This document shows positions 50,780 to 60,565 of a DNA stretch of 64,000 nt, one piece after another. A model generated the notes under the pieces. The model ran no database searches. It saw only the letters and a program-made list of their open reading frames with translations, and was not told the DNA's origin. The DNA is from Patescibacteria group bacterium (GTDB taxonomy: Bacteria; Patescibacteriota; Patescibacteriia; GWA2-46-9): contig JBAYUF010000003.1 of the NCBI GenBank assembly GCA_041675205.1, positions 26,172 to 90,171 of the forward strand, given 5' to 3'. How positions within the stretch are numbered: the stretch's first letter is position 1; each line of letters begins with the position of its first letter. The position numbers and the translations under genes were made by a program.

Positions 50780-51526
50780 ATGACAGACCAAACACAGATG
50801 ACCAAAAGTGAACGTCGACGTCTGCGGCAAGAGGAGTTACAAAAACAGCGGGCGGCCTACAGTGCAAATGGCACACTGCGCCGAATAGGCGTGTGGTCAT
50901 TTGTTGTAATCATACTTGTTGGTAGCGTGTGGGCCTTGTCTCGCTATGGTAGTACCGGCTCAAGCGGTACGGCGGGATACGTCGCCGGAGCAGATGAAGT
51001 AACGCCAACTGATCATCTCCTTGGTAACCCGGACGCCGCCGTAACGTTGGTTGAGTACAGTGATTTTCAATGTCCGGCATGCGCCAGCTATCACCCGATT
51101 GTAAAACAGATTATGGAGACGTATGGCGACCGAGTGCGATTTGTCTATCGTCATTATCCGCTTCGTCAAATTCATCCGAACGCCGTGCTCGCTTCCTCTG
51201 CTGCAGAAGCGGCGAGTGAGCAAGGAAAATTTTGGGAAATGCATGACCTGCTATTTGCTCGGCAACGAAGTTGGTCTGATGATATCAATGCCAAGGGAAC
51301 ATTTTCGGATTACGCCGAAGAGCTTGGTTTAAATAAAGACACTTTTTTGGCGGCTATGAGTGGCGACGTGATTGCGGACCGGATAGCGACGGATGAAGCC
51401 AGTGGCAATCGTTTAGGTATTGCTGGTACACCAACGTTTTTTTTGAATGGCGAAAAGTTATCGGTCGGGGCGACGTTTGAGCAATTTGCAGCACAACTTG
51501 ACGAGAAGTTGAATGCCCAACCATAA
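50780..51526 (+). CDS. DsbA-family thiol:disulfide oxidoreductase (membrane-anchored)
   Basis: N-terminal TM; thioredoxin-fold CxxC (FQCPACASYHP). Confidence 0.7.
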   Translation: MTDQTQMTKSERRRLRQEELQKQRAAYSANGTLRRIGVWSFVVIILVGSVWALSRYGSTGSSGTAGYVAGADEVTPTDHLLGNPDAAVTLVEYSDFQCPACASYHPIVKQIMETYGDRVRFVYRHYPLRQIHPNAVLASSAAEAASEQGKFWEMHDLLFARQRSWSDDINAKGTFSDYAEELGLNKDTFLAAMSGDVIADRIATDEASGNRLGIAGTPTFFLNGEKLSVGATFEQFAAQLDEKLNAQP

Positions 51527-51947
51527 TCGATTTTCATTCGCTTATATTTTCATTGGGTTCCTTGGTTTTTTGGATGCCAGCTACTTAGCTATCGAACACT
51601 ATCGTGGCCTGGTGCCAACCTGCGGGTTCATTCAAGGTTGTGACGTTGTCACCACAAGCAGTTTTTCAGTTCTGTATGGCGTGCCGCTGGCGTATTTGGG
51701 CGTCGTATACTATTTAACCGTGCTTCTTTTGGGAGTGGCAAGTTTTGATTTTAAAGACGAACGATTGTTCTGGCTTTTAACTGCCTTATCGGTAATTGGC
51801 TTTGGTGCTTCGCTGGGGTTTGTTTACCTGCAGCTTTTTGTACTCAAAGCCATTTGCATTTATTGTATGGGGTCAGCGGTAACTTCGACAGCACTATTTA
51901 TTACTTCACTAACATGGTACTGGTCACAACGGGTGCAAAATAGTTAA
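51513..51947 (+). CDS. vitamin K epoxide reductase (VKOR) family protein
   Basis: 4-TM protein with loop cysteines (CGFIQGC) and active-site CIYC. Confidence 0.7.
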   Translation: MPNHNRFSFAYIFIGFLGFLDASYLAIEHYRGLVPTCGFIQGCDVVTTSSFSVLYGVPLAYLGVVYYLTVLLLGVASFDFKDERLFWLLTALSVIGFGASLGFVYLQLFVLKAICIYCMGSAVTSTALFITSLTWYWSQRVQNS

Positions 51948-51957
51948 TTGAATTCGC

Positions 51958-52503
51958 ATGCATCCGATTGAGGCGCAAGTAGCGGAATATTTCAGCAAAG
52001 GCAAAAGAGCTCGTCCAGCGCTCACGTTAGCCATGGTGCTTGATACGGCTGGTGAACGAATACTGCTTGGCTTAAAAAAACGTAAGCTGGGTGCTGGTTA
52101 CTACAATGGATTCGGCGGTGTGGTCGAAGTTGGTGAATCAGTTGAAGACGCAGCGAAACGTGAACTTTTTGAAGAAAGTGGGTTAACGTATCAGACGGGT
52201 CATTACAGCGGGTTACTCGAAATTGTGTATAAGGATTGGAACGAGAGAATTTTTATTTACATTTTTACTGTTACCGCAACAACAGGGGAACCAATAGAAA
52301 CTGAGGAAATGACACCGGCCTGGTTTCCACTTACCGCCATTCCGTATCCGCAAATGTGGCCAGACGATCATTTTTGGCTGCCGTTACTGCTCGTTGGTCA
52401 GGAGTTTCATGTTCGCTGTACGTACGAGAAGGGATTATTTGAGACACCACAGCTATGTTTAATTTCAAGTCATGCGCCAGTGTTGCCAGCGGTTTCACCC
52501 TAA
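51958..52503 (+). CDS. NUDIX hydrolase (MutT/NUDT1-like)
   Basis: Nudix box GGVVEVGESVEDAAKRELFEESGL. Confidence 0.7.
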   Translation: MHPIEAQVAEYFSKGKRARPALTLAMVLDTAGERILLGLKKRKLGAGYYNGFGGVVEVGESVEDAAKRELFEESGLTYQTGHYSGLLEIVYKDWNERIFIYIFTVTATTGEPIETEEMTPAWFPLTAIPYPQMWPDDHFWLPLLLVGQEFHVRCTYEKGLFETPQLCLISSHAPVLPAVSP

Positions 52504-52561
52504 CGTACACTCTGTAAAATCAAATCTCGTCGTTAAAGTTAATTTTTTCTTCTTTTTCTCT

Positions 52562-52632
52562 CGGGGTATGGGGTAGTGGTAGCCCGCGTGCATGGGGTGC
52601 ATGTAGTGGCGGTTCGATTCCGCCTACCCCGA
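52562..52632 (+). tRNA. tRNA-Pro (anticodon GGG)
   Basis: Hand-folded: acceptor CGGGGTA/TACCCCG, D stem GGGT/GCCC with 7-nt loop, anticodon arm CGTGC-ATGGGGT-GCATG (GGG, G37), T-arm GGCGG-TTCGATT-CCGCC, discriminator A. Confidence 0.75.
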
Positions 52633-52682
52633 AAGAAAGTGTGGAATGACAGAAGTTATTTTATAGTTACTTCATAATACGT

Positions 52683-53378
52683 ATGCCCACTACAACTTCA
52701 CCACTTCACCACGTCGGCTTCATCATGGATGGCAATAGGCGATGGGCGAAAGCTGCGGGTTTACCAACACTAGAGGGTCATCGCCGTGGCTATGAAAAGT
52801 TGAAGGAGGTTGCCCGTTGGTGCGCCGAGCTCGCCATACCACAGGTAACAGTGTACGCATTCTCGACAGAAAATTGGAATCGAGAAAAAAATGAGGTTGC
52901 GTATTTGATGCAACTCCTTGAGCGGGCGATTAAAAACGAAGTAGCAGAAATTCAAGCTTCCGGGTATGCAGTAAAGGTTATTGGGTCAATTGATGCCCTG
53001 TCGCCTGCTTTGGCTGAGGCGTGCCATGCGGTAAATAGTAATCAGTTGCAAAATAGTAAGGGAACGCTTTACTTAGCCATAAATTATGGTGGCCGCACAG
53101 AGATACTCGACGCCACCCGGCAATTACTACGGCAGGCAGTCCCTCCCGAAACAGTAACGCCGGAGCTGTTTTCGTCGATCCTGTACGCCCCAGAAGCGAG
53201 CTCCGTGGATCTTGTTATTCGCACCGGCGGAGAGCATCGGTTGTCTAATTTTTTGCTTTGGCAAGCGGCGTACGCAGAAATTTTTGTGTCAGATACGCAC
53301 TGGCCGGCTTTGACGAAAGATGAATTTACATCAATAATTTCATGGTACAGCAATCGTCAACGTCGGTTTGGTAAATAG
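52683..53378 (+). CDS. uppS: undecaprenyl diphosphate synthase
   Basis: HVGFIMDGNRRWAK and RTGGEHRLSNFLLWQAAYAE. Confidence 0.9.
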   Translation: MPTTTSPLHHVGFIMDGNRRWAKAAGLPTLEGHRRGYEKLKEVARWCAELAIPQVTVYAFSTENWNREKNEVAYLMQLLERAIKNEVAEIQASGYAVKVIGSIDALSPALAEACHAVNSNQLQNSKGTLYLAINYGGRTEILDATRQLLRQAVPPETVTPELFSSILYAPEASSVDLVIRTGGEHRLSNFLLWQAAYAEIFVSDTHWPALTKDEFTSIISWYSNRQRRFGK

Positions 53379-53407
53379 AGAAGCCATTATTTATTTTTTC
53401 ATTTCTT

Positions 53408-53788
53408 ATGATACAAAAGAATCATGACCTCGCAGTGCTTCTGGTTCGCGTCACTGTTGGAGCCGTCTTTATTGCGCACGGTGTTCAAAAATTGGGAGCA
53501 CTTGGAATGGTTGGAGGGTTTTTTACGAGTCTTGGGCTGCCAGCCGTTTTGGCAACAGTTGTGGCGGTGGTTGAAGTCGCTGCGGGTGTCGCGGTGCTGC
53601 TTGGTATTGCAACACGGATTGCAGCTCTTGGTATAGCGGTAATAATGGTCGGCGCAATATTTTTTGTTAAATTTTCGCTCGGTTTCCTTGGTGGCTACGA
53701 GTTTGAGCTTGTTTTGCTTCTCATCGCTTTGTCCCTTGTCGCCTCCGGACCTGGCAGGTATAGCGTAATGCCGAACAGTACTTTATAA
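53408..53788 (+). CDS. DoxX-family membrane protein
   Basis: 4-TM protein with LLRVTVGAVFIAHGVQK motif. Confidence 0.7.
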   Translation: MIQKNHDLAVLLVRVTVGAVFIAHGVQKLGALGMVGGFFTSLGLPAVLATVVAVVEVAAGVAVLLGIATRIAALGIAVIMVGAIFFVKFSLGFLGGYEFELVLLLIALSLVASGPGRYSVMPNSTL

Positions 53789-53796
53789 GTAAACGT

Positions 53797-53830
53797 TTAA
53801 TTTAAAACAACAGCCCCGACTTTTGTCGGG
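53797..53830. terminator. terminator-like hairpin after doxX
   Basis: CAGCCCCGAC-TTTT-GTCGGGGCTG with an A-rich tract upstream (T tract on the minus strand). Confidence 0.4.
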
Positions 53831-54012
53831 GCTGTTGCGGTACTCTGCGTTCTAGTCTTCTGAACCTTCTGTGTCACCCATGCTTTCCCCGCTATCGCAG
53901 GTGCAAGGGTCGTTGCCGCAGACTGGACATGAGTCCATAGGAAGCGGTTAGGTGAGTAAGTAGTGAAATTATAATAGCCCGTGTAAAAATCGCAATAGGG
54001 TATACTTGAGGT

Positions 54013-54741
54013 ATGGAAAAGAAACAACAATTACAATGGCAAATTGATAAGGTTGTATATTGGGGTGCGTCGTTGGTTGGAGATGGCTCAATGCGTCTTG
54101 GTGGCACAGACCGCATGGGTGTAGAGCAATGTCGTCGTCTTTACTTTGAGAAAGTTGGATTATCCAATACGGGCATGGTGGCTGCATCGTTAGTTCACGG
54201 TGCGAGTGTGCATGTAGCGACAGCGTCTGACGCTGGTAAGGTGATAGCAGATGTTGATGCCTTGGTTACAAGAACGCCGCAGCTTACCTTAAGCATTACT
54301 TTTGCAGATTGTCTGCCAGTGTATATTGCGGACAGTAAGGCGCGGGTGGTTGCGGTGCTTCACGCTGGCTGGCGTGGTCTTGCGGCTGGTGTGGTTATGG
54401 CAACCGTTCGCGCCTGCACAGACCTGGTCAGCAGTAAAGCAAGCGAACTAGAAGCCTATATTGGCCCCGCAATATGTGCCGAGCATTACAGTGTTGGTAT
54501 GGATGTTGCCAAAACGTTCAGTCATTACAATGGTGCCGTTCGGAAAGATAAAAATGGCGGTCAGCAACTTGACCTCATAAACGTAGCGAAGCAGCAATTA
54601 CAAGCCTCAGGCCTCGCCGATAGCAGTATAACGTCGGCCGGTATCTGCACCTATGAAACGGCCACATATTTTTCTAATCGAAGAGATAAACCCCGCGAGA
54701 TTGAGGCTCAAGTGGCCTACATTGGCTTGCGCAAGCAGTAG
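54013..54741 (+). CDS. pgeF: YfiH/PgeF (DUF152) family purine nucleoside phosphorylase / peptidoglycan editing factor
   Basis: FADCLPVYI and LHAGWRG motifs. Confidence 0.75.
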   Translation: MEKKQQLQWQIDKVVYWGASLVGDGSMRLGGTDRMGVEQCRRLYFEKVGLSNTGMVAASLVHGASVHVATASDAGKVIADVDALVTRTPQLTLSITFADCLPVYIADSKARVVAVLHAGWRGLAAGVVMATVRACTDLVSSKASELEAYIGPAICAEHYSVGMDVAKTFSHYNGAVRKDKNGGQQLDLINVAKQQLQASGLADSSITSAGICTYETATYFSNRRDKPREIEAQVAYIGLRKQ

Positions 54742-54763
54742 ACTGACGATATCATTACCGCAT

Positions 54764-54973
54764 ATGGGATTATTTGATCAGATGAAAATGGCAAAAGAGC
54801 TCATGGCAAACATGAGCCCACAGGAGATAGAGCGTTTAACGTCTCAGGCGAGTACCATGAAGGAGGCGCTTCAGGAACAGATTGAAGCGGCAGTAGCCGC
54901 CGAAATAAGTAAGCGTCAGCTCATCACTCGGCAAGAGGTGGAACAAATGCTTAACGCCATTCGCGAAAACTAA
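54764..54973 (+). CDS. small hypothetical protein (69 aa, helical)
   Basis: MGLFDQMKMAKELMANM... start chosen to avoid overlap with pgeF. Confidence 0.3.
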   Translation: MGLFDQMKMAKELMANMSPQEIERLTSQASTMKEALQEQIEAAVAAEISKRQLITRQEVEQMLNAIREN

Positions 54974-54996
54974 TCATTGCTATTTAATAAATTTGT

Positions 54997-55644
54997 ATGA
55001 ATAAAGTATTTCTCGCACTGACGTTCTTTTTGTTACTGCCCAGTATGGCGGTGGCAAAACAAAACGAAAATGAACGTTTTGATGCCTCAAAACCTCGAGC
55101 CCTTGAGCAGCGTTTGGAAAATCATCGGCGTACGCTGAACGACGACGTTAGTAAAGCCAGGCTTGAGGTTAAAGATTTACGCGAGAAGCAACGGGAGGAA
55201 TTAAAGGAAAAAGTTGAGGGGTTGCGTGACGCACGAAAGAAAGCCGCCGTTGAACGTATCGCAGCGAATTTAGATAGAGCGAACGAAAAAGCTGTCGAGC
55301 GGTATGGTGAAGCATTGGATAGACTGGATCTGGTCATTGCGAAAATCGAAAAGCGGATTAGCGATCTTTCTGCAAAGGGTGTGGTCGTTACAGAAGTAAC
55401 TACCTTACTTACCGCAGCAAAAGCAAAAATTGTTGCTGCCAGAAGCGCCCTGGTGACGCAGTCGGCAAAAACGTACCCACTTACCATTACAACTGAAGAA
55501 AATTTGGGCGTAACGGTAGCGGCAGCTCGTCAGACCCTTCACAGTGACTTAAAGGTAGTGCAAGAAGCAGTAGTCGCCGCTCGGGAAAGTTTGACAAGCG
55601 TGCTATCAGCATTGCGATTACTTACCACTGAAACGAACGAATAA
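54997..55644 (+). CDS. secreted coiled-coil protein
   Basis: Signal peptide MNKVFLALTFFLLLPSMAVA, then a charged helical protein. Confidence 0.45.
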   Translation: MNKVFLALTFFLLLPSMAVAKQNENERFDASKPRALEQRLENHRRTLNDDVSKARLEVKDLREKQREELKEKVEGLRDARKKAAVERIAANLDRANEKAVERYGEALDRLDLVIAKIEKRISDLSAKGVVVTEVTTLLTAAKAKIVAARSALVTQSAKTYPLTITTEENLGVTVAAARQTLHSDLKVVQEAVVAARESLTSVLSALRLLTTETNE

Positions 55645-55646
55645 GT

Positions 55647-55907
55647 ATGTCGAGAAAAATAATTATTAGCCTCGTCGTTTTTGTTGCGCTCATTTCAGCC
55701 ACGGTGTACCTACAGCAAAAGAAGGCGCTAGCGCCATCCGTATCCAATGAAATTTCAGAAAGTACCACCGAAGACGTACAGGCGGTAGATGAAAGTAAGA
55801 CAACAATCGAAGATATTGATGCTGACCTTTCAGAGGTGCCGAACGATTCGCCTGATACCTTTATGGTGGATATAGACGAAGACGTTGTTCTTTTGCAAGA
55901 AAATTAA
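55647..55907 (+). CDS. small membrane-anchored acidic protein
   Basis: N-terminal TM then an acidic tail (EDIDADLSEVPNDSPD). Confidence 0.35.
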   Translation: MSRKIIISLVVFVALISATVYLQQKKALAPSVSNEISESTTEDVQAVDESKTTIEDIDADLSEVPNDSPDTFMVDIDEDVVLLQEN

Positions 55908-55941
55908 AAATGGCGGCCTGGCCGCATAAAAATAAAAAATC

Positions 55942-56619
55942 ATGGACGCTCTGACATTCGCTTCTGCTCCAAAACATAGCCTATCGAACGAAGATAGATT
56001 AAAACGGATTACCGAGGAATTTCGAGAAGGGTTTACCCTTGCCGAAACCATTCAGCGTGGCGTAACAATATTTGGCTCGGCCAGGGTTAAGCCGGGTGAG
56101 CCAAGCTATAATCAGGCACGGCAATTGGGTTTTTCTTTGGCTAAGGATGGGTACACTATTATTACAGGTGGTGGCCCTGGCATCATGGAGGCGGCAAATC
56201 GTGGTGCGCGAGAGGCGGGTGGTCGTACGGTTTCTTTTAATATCGACCTCATCAAGGAGCAGGGAAATGCTTACGTAGATGCGTCGGTAACCTCGTACTA
56301 TTTTTTTGTTCGGAAGGTTATGTTGGCCAGCGCCGCGCATGCCTATGTTTTTTTCCCTGGCGGCTTTGGTACCCTTGATGAGTTCTTTGAGATTTCAACG
56401 CTCATTGATACGCATAAGTTGCATGAGGATGTTCCAATGGTGCTGATGGATAAAGAGTATTGGGAGCCATTACTGCGTTGGCTTCGTACAACGGTTGTCG
56501 AACGGTATCATAGTGTAACGCCTGCCGAGTTCCGCATGTGGCGACTGGCAGAAAATGTGGCTGACGCGGTCGATGTGGTGAAGCAATGCAGTGGTCGGAT
56601 GGGGGTCTGTAGGTATTAA
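55942..56619 (+). CDS. LOG-family (TIGR00730) nucleotide-binding protein
   Basis: GVTIFGSARVKPGEPSY, ITGGGPGIMEAANRGA and FPGGFGTLDEFFE motifs. Confidence 0.75.
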   Translation: MDALTFASAPKHSLSNEDRLKRITEEFREGFTLAETIQRGVTIFGSARVKPGEPSYNQARQLGFSLAKDGYTIITGGGPGIMEAANRGAREAGGRTVSFNIDLIKEQGNAYVDASVTSYYFFVRKVMLASAAHAYVFFPGGFGTLDEFFEISTLIDTHKLHEDVPMVLMDKEYWEPLLRWLRTTVVERYHSVTPAEFRMWRLAENVADAVDVVKQCSGRMGVCRY

Positions 56620-56629
56620 TAATCAAACC

Positions 56630-57475
56630 GTGAAGCGAAACGGCTACACCTTAGTTGAGCTCATCATCGGCACCAGTATCATGCTGCTGCTTTCAAGTGT
56701 GGCGTATAGCAGTTTTCGAGGGCTCGAGTTTCGACTTCGGCTTGAATCGACTGCCCAGAATATAATGCGGACACTTGAAGAAGCACAGACTCGAACGATT
56801 GCCGCTCGTAGCGACACTAATTACGGTGTCCATTTTGATGCTACTTCGTATACGTTGTTTCCAGGTGGCACGTACGCTGTCGGTGCGGTTGGTAACGAGG
56901 TACATGAACTACCGAGCGGTGTGGCCATGGCGGTCAGTATTGGTGATGGTAGCGATGTCGTATTTGAACGTGTTCGTGGTGTTGCCAGTGCGAGTGGAAC
57001 AGTAATTGTTTCCCTCACGAGTGATCCTACGCTGACCCGCACGGTGGTCATTAATCTTTTGGCGCCAGCACAGTTGTCATCTGCCGTAGCGCCGATAAAT
57101 ACTCGCCTTGTTGATACCCGCCACGTCGATTTTAATTTGGGCTGGGGTATTCAGTCTGCTACGACGTTACGTCTCGTTTTTCATAATCCACCCAGTGCGG
57201 ATGTTACGGAAGACATCCCCATGGCTAGCTACCGAGCATCGGATTCCACGTCGTTTGATTGGTCAGGAGTAGTGGGCGTGAATGGGGACAATCAAACAAT
57301 GCGCATTCATACGCACACCATGACGCCTACTACTACGGTACTCAGTGTTCATCGTGATAGACGTTTTAACACGAAAGCTGTGGACATTTTGATAGATGGA
57401 CAAGCTATTGCGTCCTTTGCTGCAGACGGCACCTTAACGACGCAAGGCAGCGGTGGTGTGTCGACAGTCCAATGA
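56630..57475 (+). CDS. type IV pilin-like (prepilin-type) protein
   Basis: GTG start gives MKRNG|YTLVELIIGTSIM (class III signal, G-Y-x-x-x-E); 5' end overlaps the LOG gene slightly. Confidence 0.65.
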   Translation: MKRNGYTLVELIIGTSIMLLLSSVAYSSFRGLEFRLRLESTAQNIMRTLEEAQTRTIAARSDTNYGVHFDATSYTLFPGGTYAVGAVGNEVHELPSGVAMAVSIGDGSDVVFERVRGVASASGTVIVSLTSDPTLTRTVVINLLAPAQLSSAVAPINTRLVDTRHVDFNLGWGIQSATTLRLVFHNPPSADVTEDIPMASYRASDSTSFDWSGVVGVNGDNQTMRIHTHTMTPTTTVLSVHRDRRFNTKAVDILIDGQAIASFAADGTLTTQGSGGVSTVQ

Positions 57476-57963
57476 GTATGTTTAAAAAAGAACATCGTCG
57501 CGGCTTCGGTATTCTAGAAATTTTAATCGTTGCCGGGATTGTGGCGCTCATTATCCCGAGCATGTTTCAATTTGGTTTTTTTATGACTGCCGCAATGAAT
57601 CGGCGCAGTAATGTTGTTGAAGCCACGTATATAGCGGAAGAAGGAATTGAAGCTATTCGTACTATCCGCGATCGTGGCTGGTCGACAGAAATATTTCCAC
57701 TTGCCAATGGAACCGTCTACTATCCAGTCATTCAGAATAATAATTGGACCGTGACGACGACAAACCCCGGGCCAGTCCAGGGAATATATACGAGAACAGT
57801 AACCTTCGCAGCTGTTCAACGCGATGGCAGCGACAATATCACCAGCAGTGGAGCAACTGACTCGAAAACACGACTCGTTACTGCTGTCGTGTCATGGAGT
57901 GATGCCGGGCAGGCGCGAGCAGTGACACTGGAAACCTACATAACTGATTTTAAAGGTAATTAA
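57472..57963 (+). CDS. type IV pilin-like / pseudopilin
   Basis: MSMFKKEHRRG|FGILEILIVAGIVALI prepilin N-terminus. Confidence 0.55.
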   Translation: MSMFKKEHRRGFGILEILIVAGIVALIIPSMFQFGFFMTAAMNRRSNVVEATYIAEEGIEAIRTIRDRGWSTEIFPLANGTVYYPVIQNNNWTVTTTNPGPVQGIYTRTVTFAAVQRDGSDNITSSGATDSKTRLVTAVVSWSDAGQARAVTLETYITDFKGN

Positions 57964-58002
57964 ATGTTGCGTTCTGCGCCGAAGCGTAAGTCGAAGACCA
58001 CC

Positions 58003-58521
58003 ATGAATCGCACGGGTTTCTCCCTGGTTGAATTAATTGTCTATATCGGGCTTTTGGTGGCGGTCGTTGGTCTTATTACGCAGCTCACCGGGCAACTGCT
58101 AACGGTATTGCGCACGACTGAAGCGACAGAGGCTGTTATAGGGAGCACTCGTAATGCCATGGATGTAATAGCGCAAGAAATACGTCATAGTGACAGCGTG
58201 TACACACCAACGTCACTCTTTGCGGCTACGAACGGACAGTTAAGTTTAGAGACTCTGCGAGATGCGCCAGACGGAGAAACAGTGACCTACGTTGATATCT
58301 ATGTAGATTCCGGAGCGCTATACTTGAAGCGAGAAGGTGAAACAGCCGAGCGTCTAACAGCGGCGGGCGTGACAGTTACGCAGTTTGAACTCATGCACCT
58401 TAATCAATTAAGTATTCCGGCCGTGCGCATAAGTATCGTTGCAACTGCCGGAAGTGGAGTAACCGGTGCTTTACGACCATTCACACTTACGTCCACCGTA
58501 GCGCTGCGCTCCTATGATTAA
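58003..58521 (+). CDS. type IV pilin-like / pseudopilin
   Basis: MNRTG|FSLVELIVYIGLL prepilin N-terminus (start at internal ATG 58003 of ORF 57964-58521). Confidence 0.6.
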   Translation: MNRTGFSLVELIVYIGLLVAVVGLITQLTGQLLTVLRTTEATEAVIGSTRNAMDVIAQEIRHSDSVYTPTSLFAATNGQLSLETLRDAPDGETVTYVDIYVDSGALYLKREGETAERLTAAGVTVTQFELMHLNQLSIPAVRISIVATAGSGVTGALRPFTLTSTVALRSYD

Positions 58522-60274
58522 TATCATTTCGCGGACACATTTTCCCAAAGGTCAGGCGGCAATTATTGGTGCCATTCTGGCTTTTGTTGTCAGTTCTTCA
58601 GTTGTTGCGTCCGTTGGCGACACGGTAATTCGTAGACTGCATTCTATTGAAGACGTACCAGCCTCACTGCAAAGTTACTATGCCGCCGAGTCGGGTGTGG
58701 AGGATGCTTTACTTCGTCTTATCGACGTTGACTACACCGTACCCGACAATTATTCTGTAACCGTAAATGGGGCAAGCGCCGTCGTCACGATTGATCAATC
58801 GGGGAATTCTGTCACGGTGCGAGCGGCGGGAGACAATAATGACCGAGCCCGAACTGTTGAGGCCTCCCTTACGGCGAACTCGGCTGGTGCTAGTTTTAGC
58901 TATGGTATTCAAGTGGGCGACGGGGGACTGACGATGCGAGATAACTCTGTTGTTTATGGCAATGTGTATTCTAACGGCAGCGTTGTTGGGACGAATCACG
59001 CCACAATAACTGGTGACGTTATTGTGGCCACGGGTACACCAAGCACAGCCGACGCCGAGTATACCTTCGCAAACGCTGATCACTCACTTTCAACGGCCAG
59101 TGCAACTCGAGCAGCGGCTCAGTCGTTTCGACCCGCTACTTCCGGACTACTCACACAGGTTGCTGTTAATATAGCGAAAGTTGGCACGCCGACTGACAAT
59201 TTGAGATTACGGATAGCTACTGATAACAGCAATAAACCGTCCGGTACAGTACTCGCGCTTGTGCAAGTTCCGGCGGCTGTGGTTGGTACAACTGCATCAT
59301 GGATAACGCTCGGCATTGACGATCCACCCACTTTGACGGCAGGTACTAGGTATTGGCTTGACCTTGATACCGGTACGAGTTCACCGAATAATTATTGGAA
59401 GTGGCGTAAAGACACCAGCGACGCATACCCGAACGAAACAGCCAAGACCGCCTCGAGCTGCTGTTCGAATGGAACAAGCTGGTCGAACATGAATGCCGAT
59501 CTAGATTTCAGAACTTGGGTTGGTGGTTCGCCAACCAGAATTGAAGGCATGATCATTGGTGACGCGACAAGCGGTAGTGGTCGAGCCAATACATTTGTCG
59601 AGAGCACTATACACGGTTCACCCTGCCCCAATGCGTATTGCATTACAGATTCACCTACCCCAAGTCAAATGCCAATTTCTGAGGGGCTTATTCAAGATTG
59701 GCGAGATCAAGCCGAGGCTGGTGGAACGTGCGCGCCACCCGTTTGCGACAGCAATGGTAATCTGGAGATATCTGGTCAAGGGAACACCGTCACTATTGGT
59801 CCTTTGAAAATTGATGGCGATCTAACCATAACGAACTATGGGGAACTGGTTCTCACTGGCACGGTATGGGTAACGGGGAATATTGATTTCAATAATCATT
59901 GTTCAGTCCGGCTTGATGAAGGCTACGGCGTTGGCTCAGGGGTCATACTCGCCAGTGGTTGGATTGATGCCGCGAATCACTGCAGTTTTAGTGGCTCAGG
60001 TGAAGCGGGTAGTTATCCACTTGTCATTACGACCTATGCTGATACTGATGAACTGGCCATCGATCTCAATAATAATTCCAGCGGTGTTATCTTCTACGCC
60101 AGCGCCGGAACAATAGAAATAAGTAACGGCTCCGCGGCTAATAGTTTGGTTGGTTATGCAATTAGTATTAAAAATAACGCCACTATTACCTATGATTCCG
60201 GATTACTTGACATGAACTTTACGAATGGCCCAACTGGTGGGTGGACGATTAACTCATGGAAAGAAGTTGAGTGA
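58514..60274 (+). CDS. large pilus-associated protein (PilX/PilY-like) with N-terminal membrane anchor
   Basis: 586 aa, N-terminal hydrophobic segment, Gly/Asn/Thr-rich beta-type sequence; follows three pilin genes. Confidence 0.4.
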   Translation: MINIISRTHFPKGQAAIIGAILAFVVSSSVVASVGDTVIRRLHSIEDVPASLQSYYAAESGVEDALLRLIDVDYTVPDNYSVTVNGASAVVTIDQSGNSVTVRAAGDNNDRARTVEASLTANSAGASFSYGIQVGDGGLTMRDNSVVYGNVYSNGSVVGTNHATITGDVIVATGTPSTADAEYTFANADHSLSTASATRAAAQSFRPATSGLLTQVAVNIAKVGTPTDNLRLRIATDNSNKPSGTVLALVQVPAAVVGTTASWITLGIDDPPTLTAGTRYWLDLDTGTSSPNNYWKWRKDTSDAYPNETAKTASSCCSNGTSWSNMNADLDFRTWVGGSPTRIEGMIIGDATSGSGRANTFVESTIHGSPCPNAYCITDSPTPSQMPISEGLIQDWRDQAEAGGTCAPPVCDSNGNLEISGQGNTVTIGPLKIDGDLTITNYGELVLTGTVWVTGNIDFNNHCSVRLDEGYGVGSGVILASGWIDAANHCSFSGSGEAGSYPLVITTYADTDELAIDLNNNSSGVIFYASAGTIEISNGSAANSLVGYAISIKNNATITYDSGLLDMNFTNGPTGGWTINSWKEVE

Positions 60275-60339
60275 TTTTTCCCGTTCAGGTACGTCGTGAA
60301 TAGTGGCGGTAGGATCTTTAAATATGGTATAGTAGTGCC

Positions 60340-60555
60340 ATGTTTTCCTTTTTTCAATCATTTCATAGCCGAGTTTCAAGACTCGATTTTTGGGACATTA
60401 AATTAGTAGGCACCGCTGGTCTCCTAGTTGGTTTTTTGCTGGGGCGATTTTGGCCAGCGTTGTTGGATGTGAGTCCATGGTGGTGGCTGACGTTGTTTCT
60501 TCTGGTAGTTGCGAGGCCAACGTATCACTACTGGATTGAATCAAGTCAGTCGTAG
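60340..60555 (+). CDS. small membrane protein
   Basis: 71 aa, two hydrophobic segments. Confidence 0.3.
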   Translation: MFSFFQSFHSRVSRLDFWDIKLVGTAGLLVGFLLGRFWPALLDVSPWWWLTLFLLVVARPTYHYWIESSQS

Positions 60556-60565
60556 TATTCGCACA

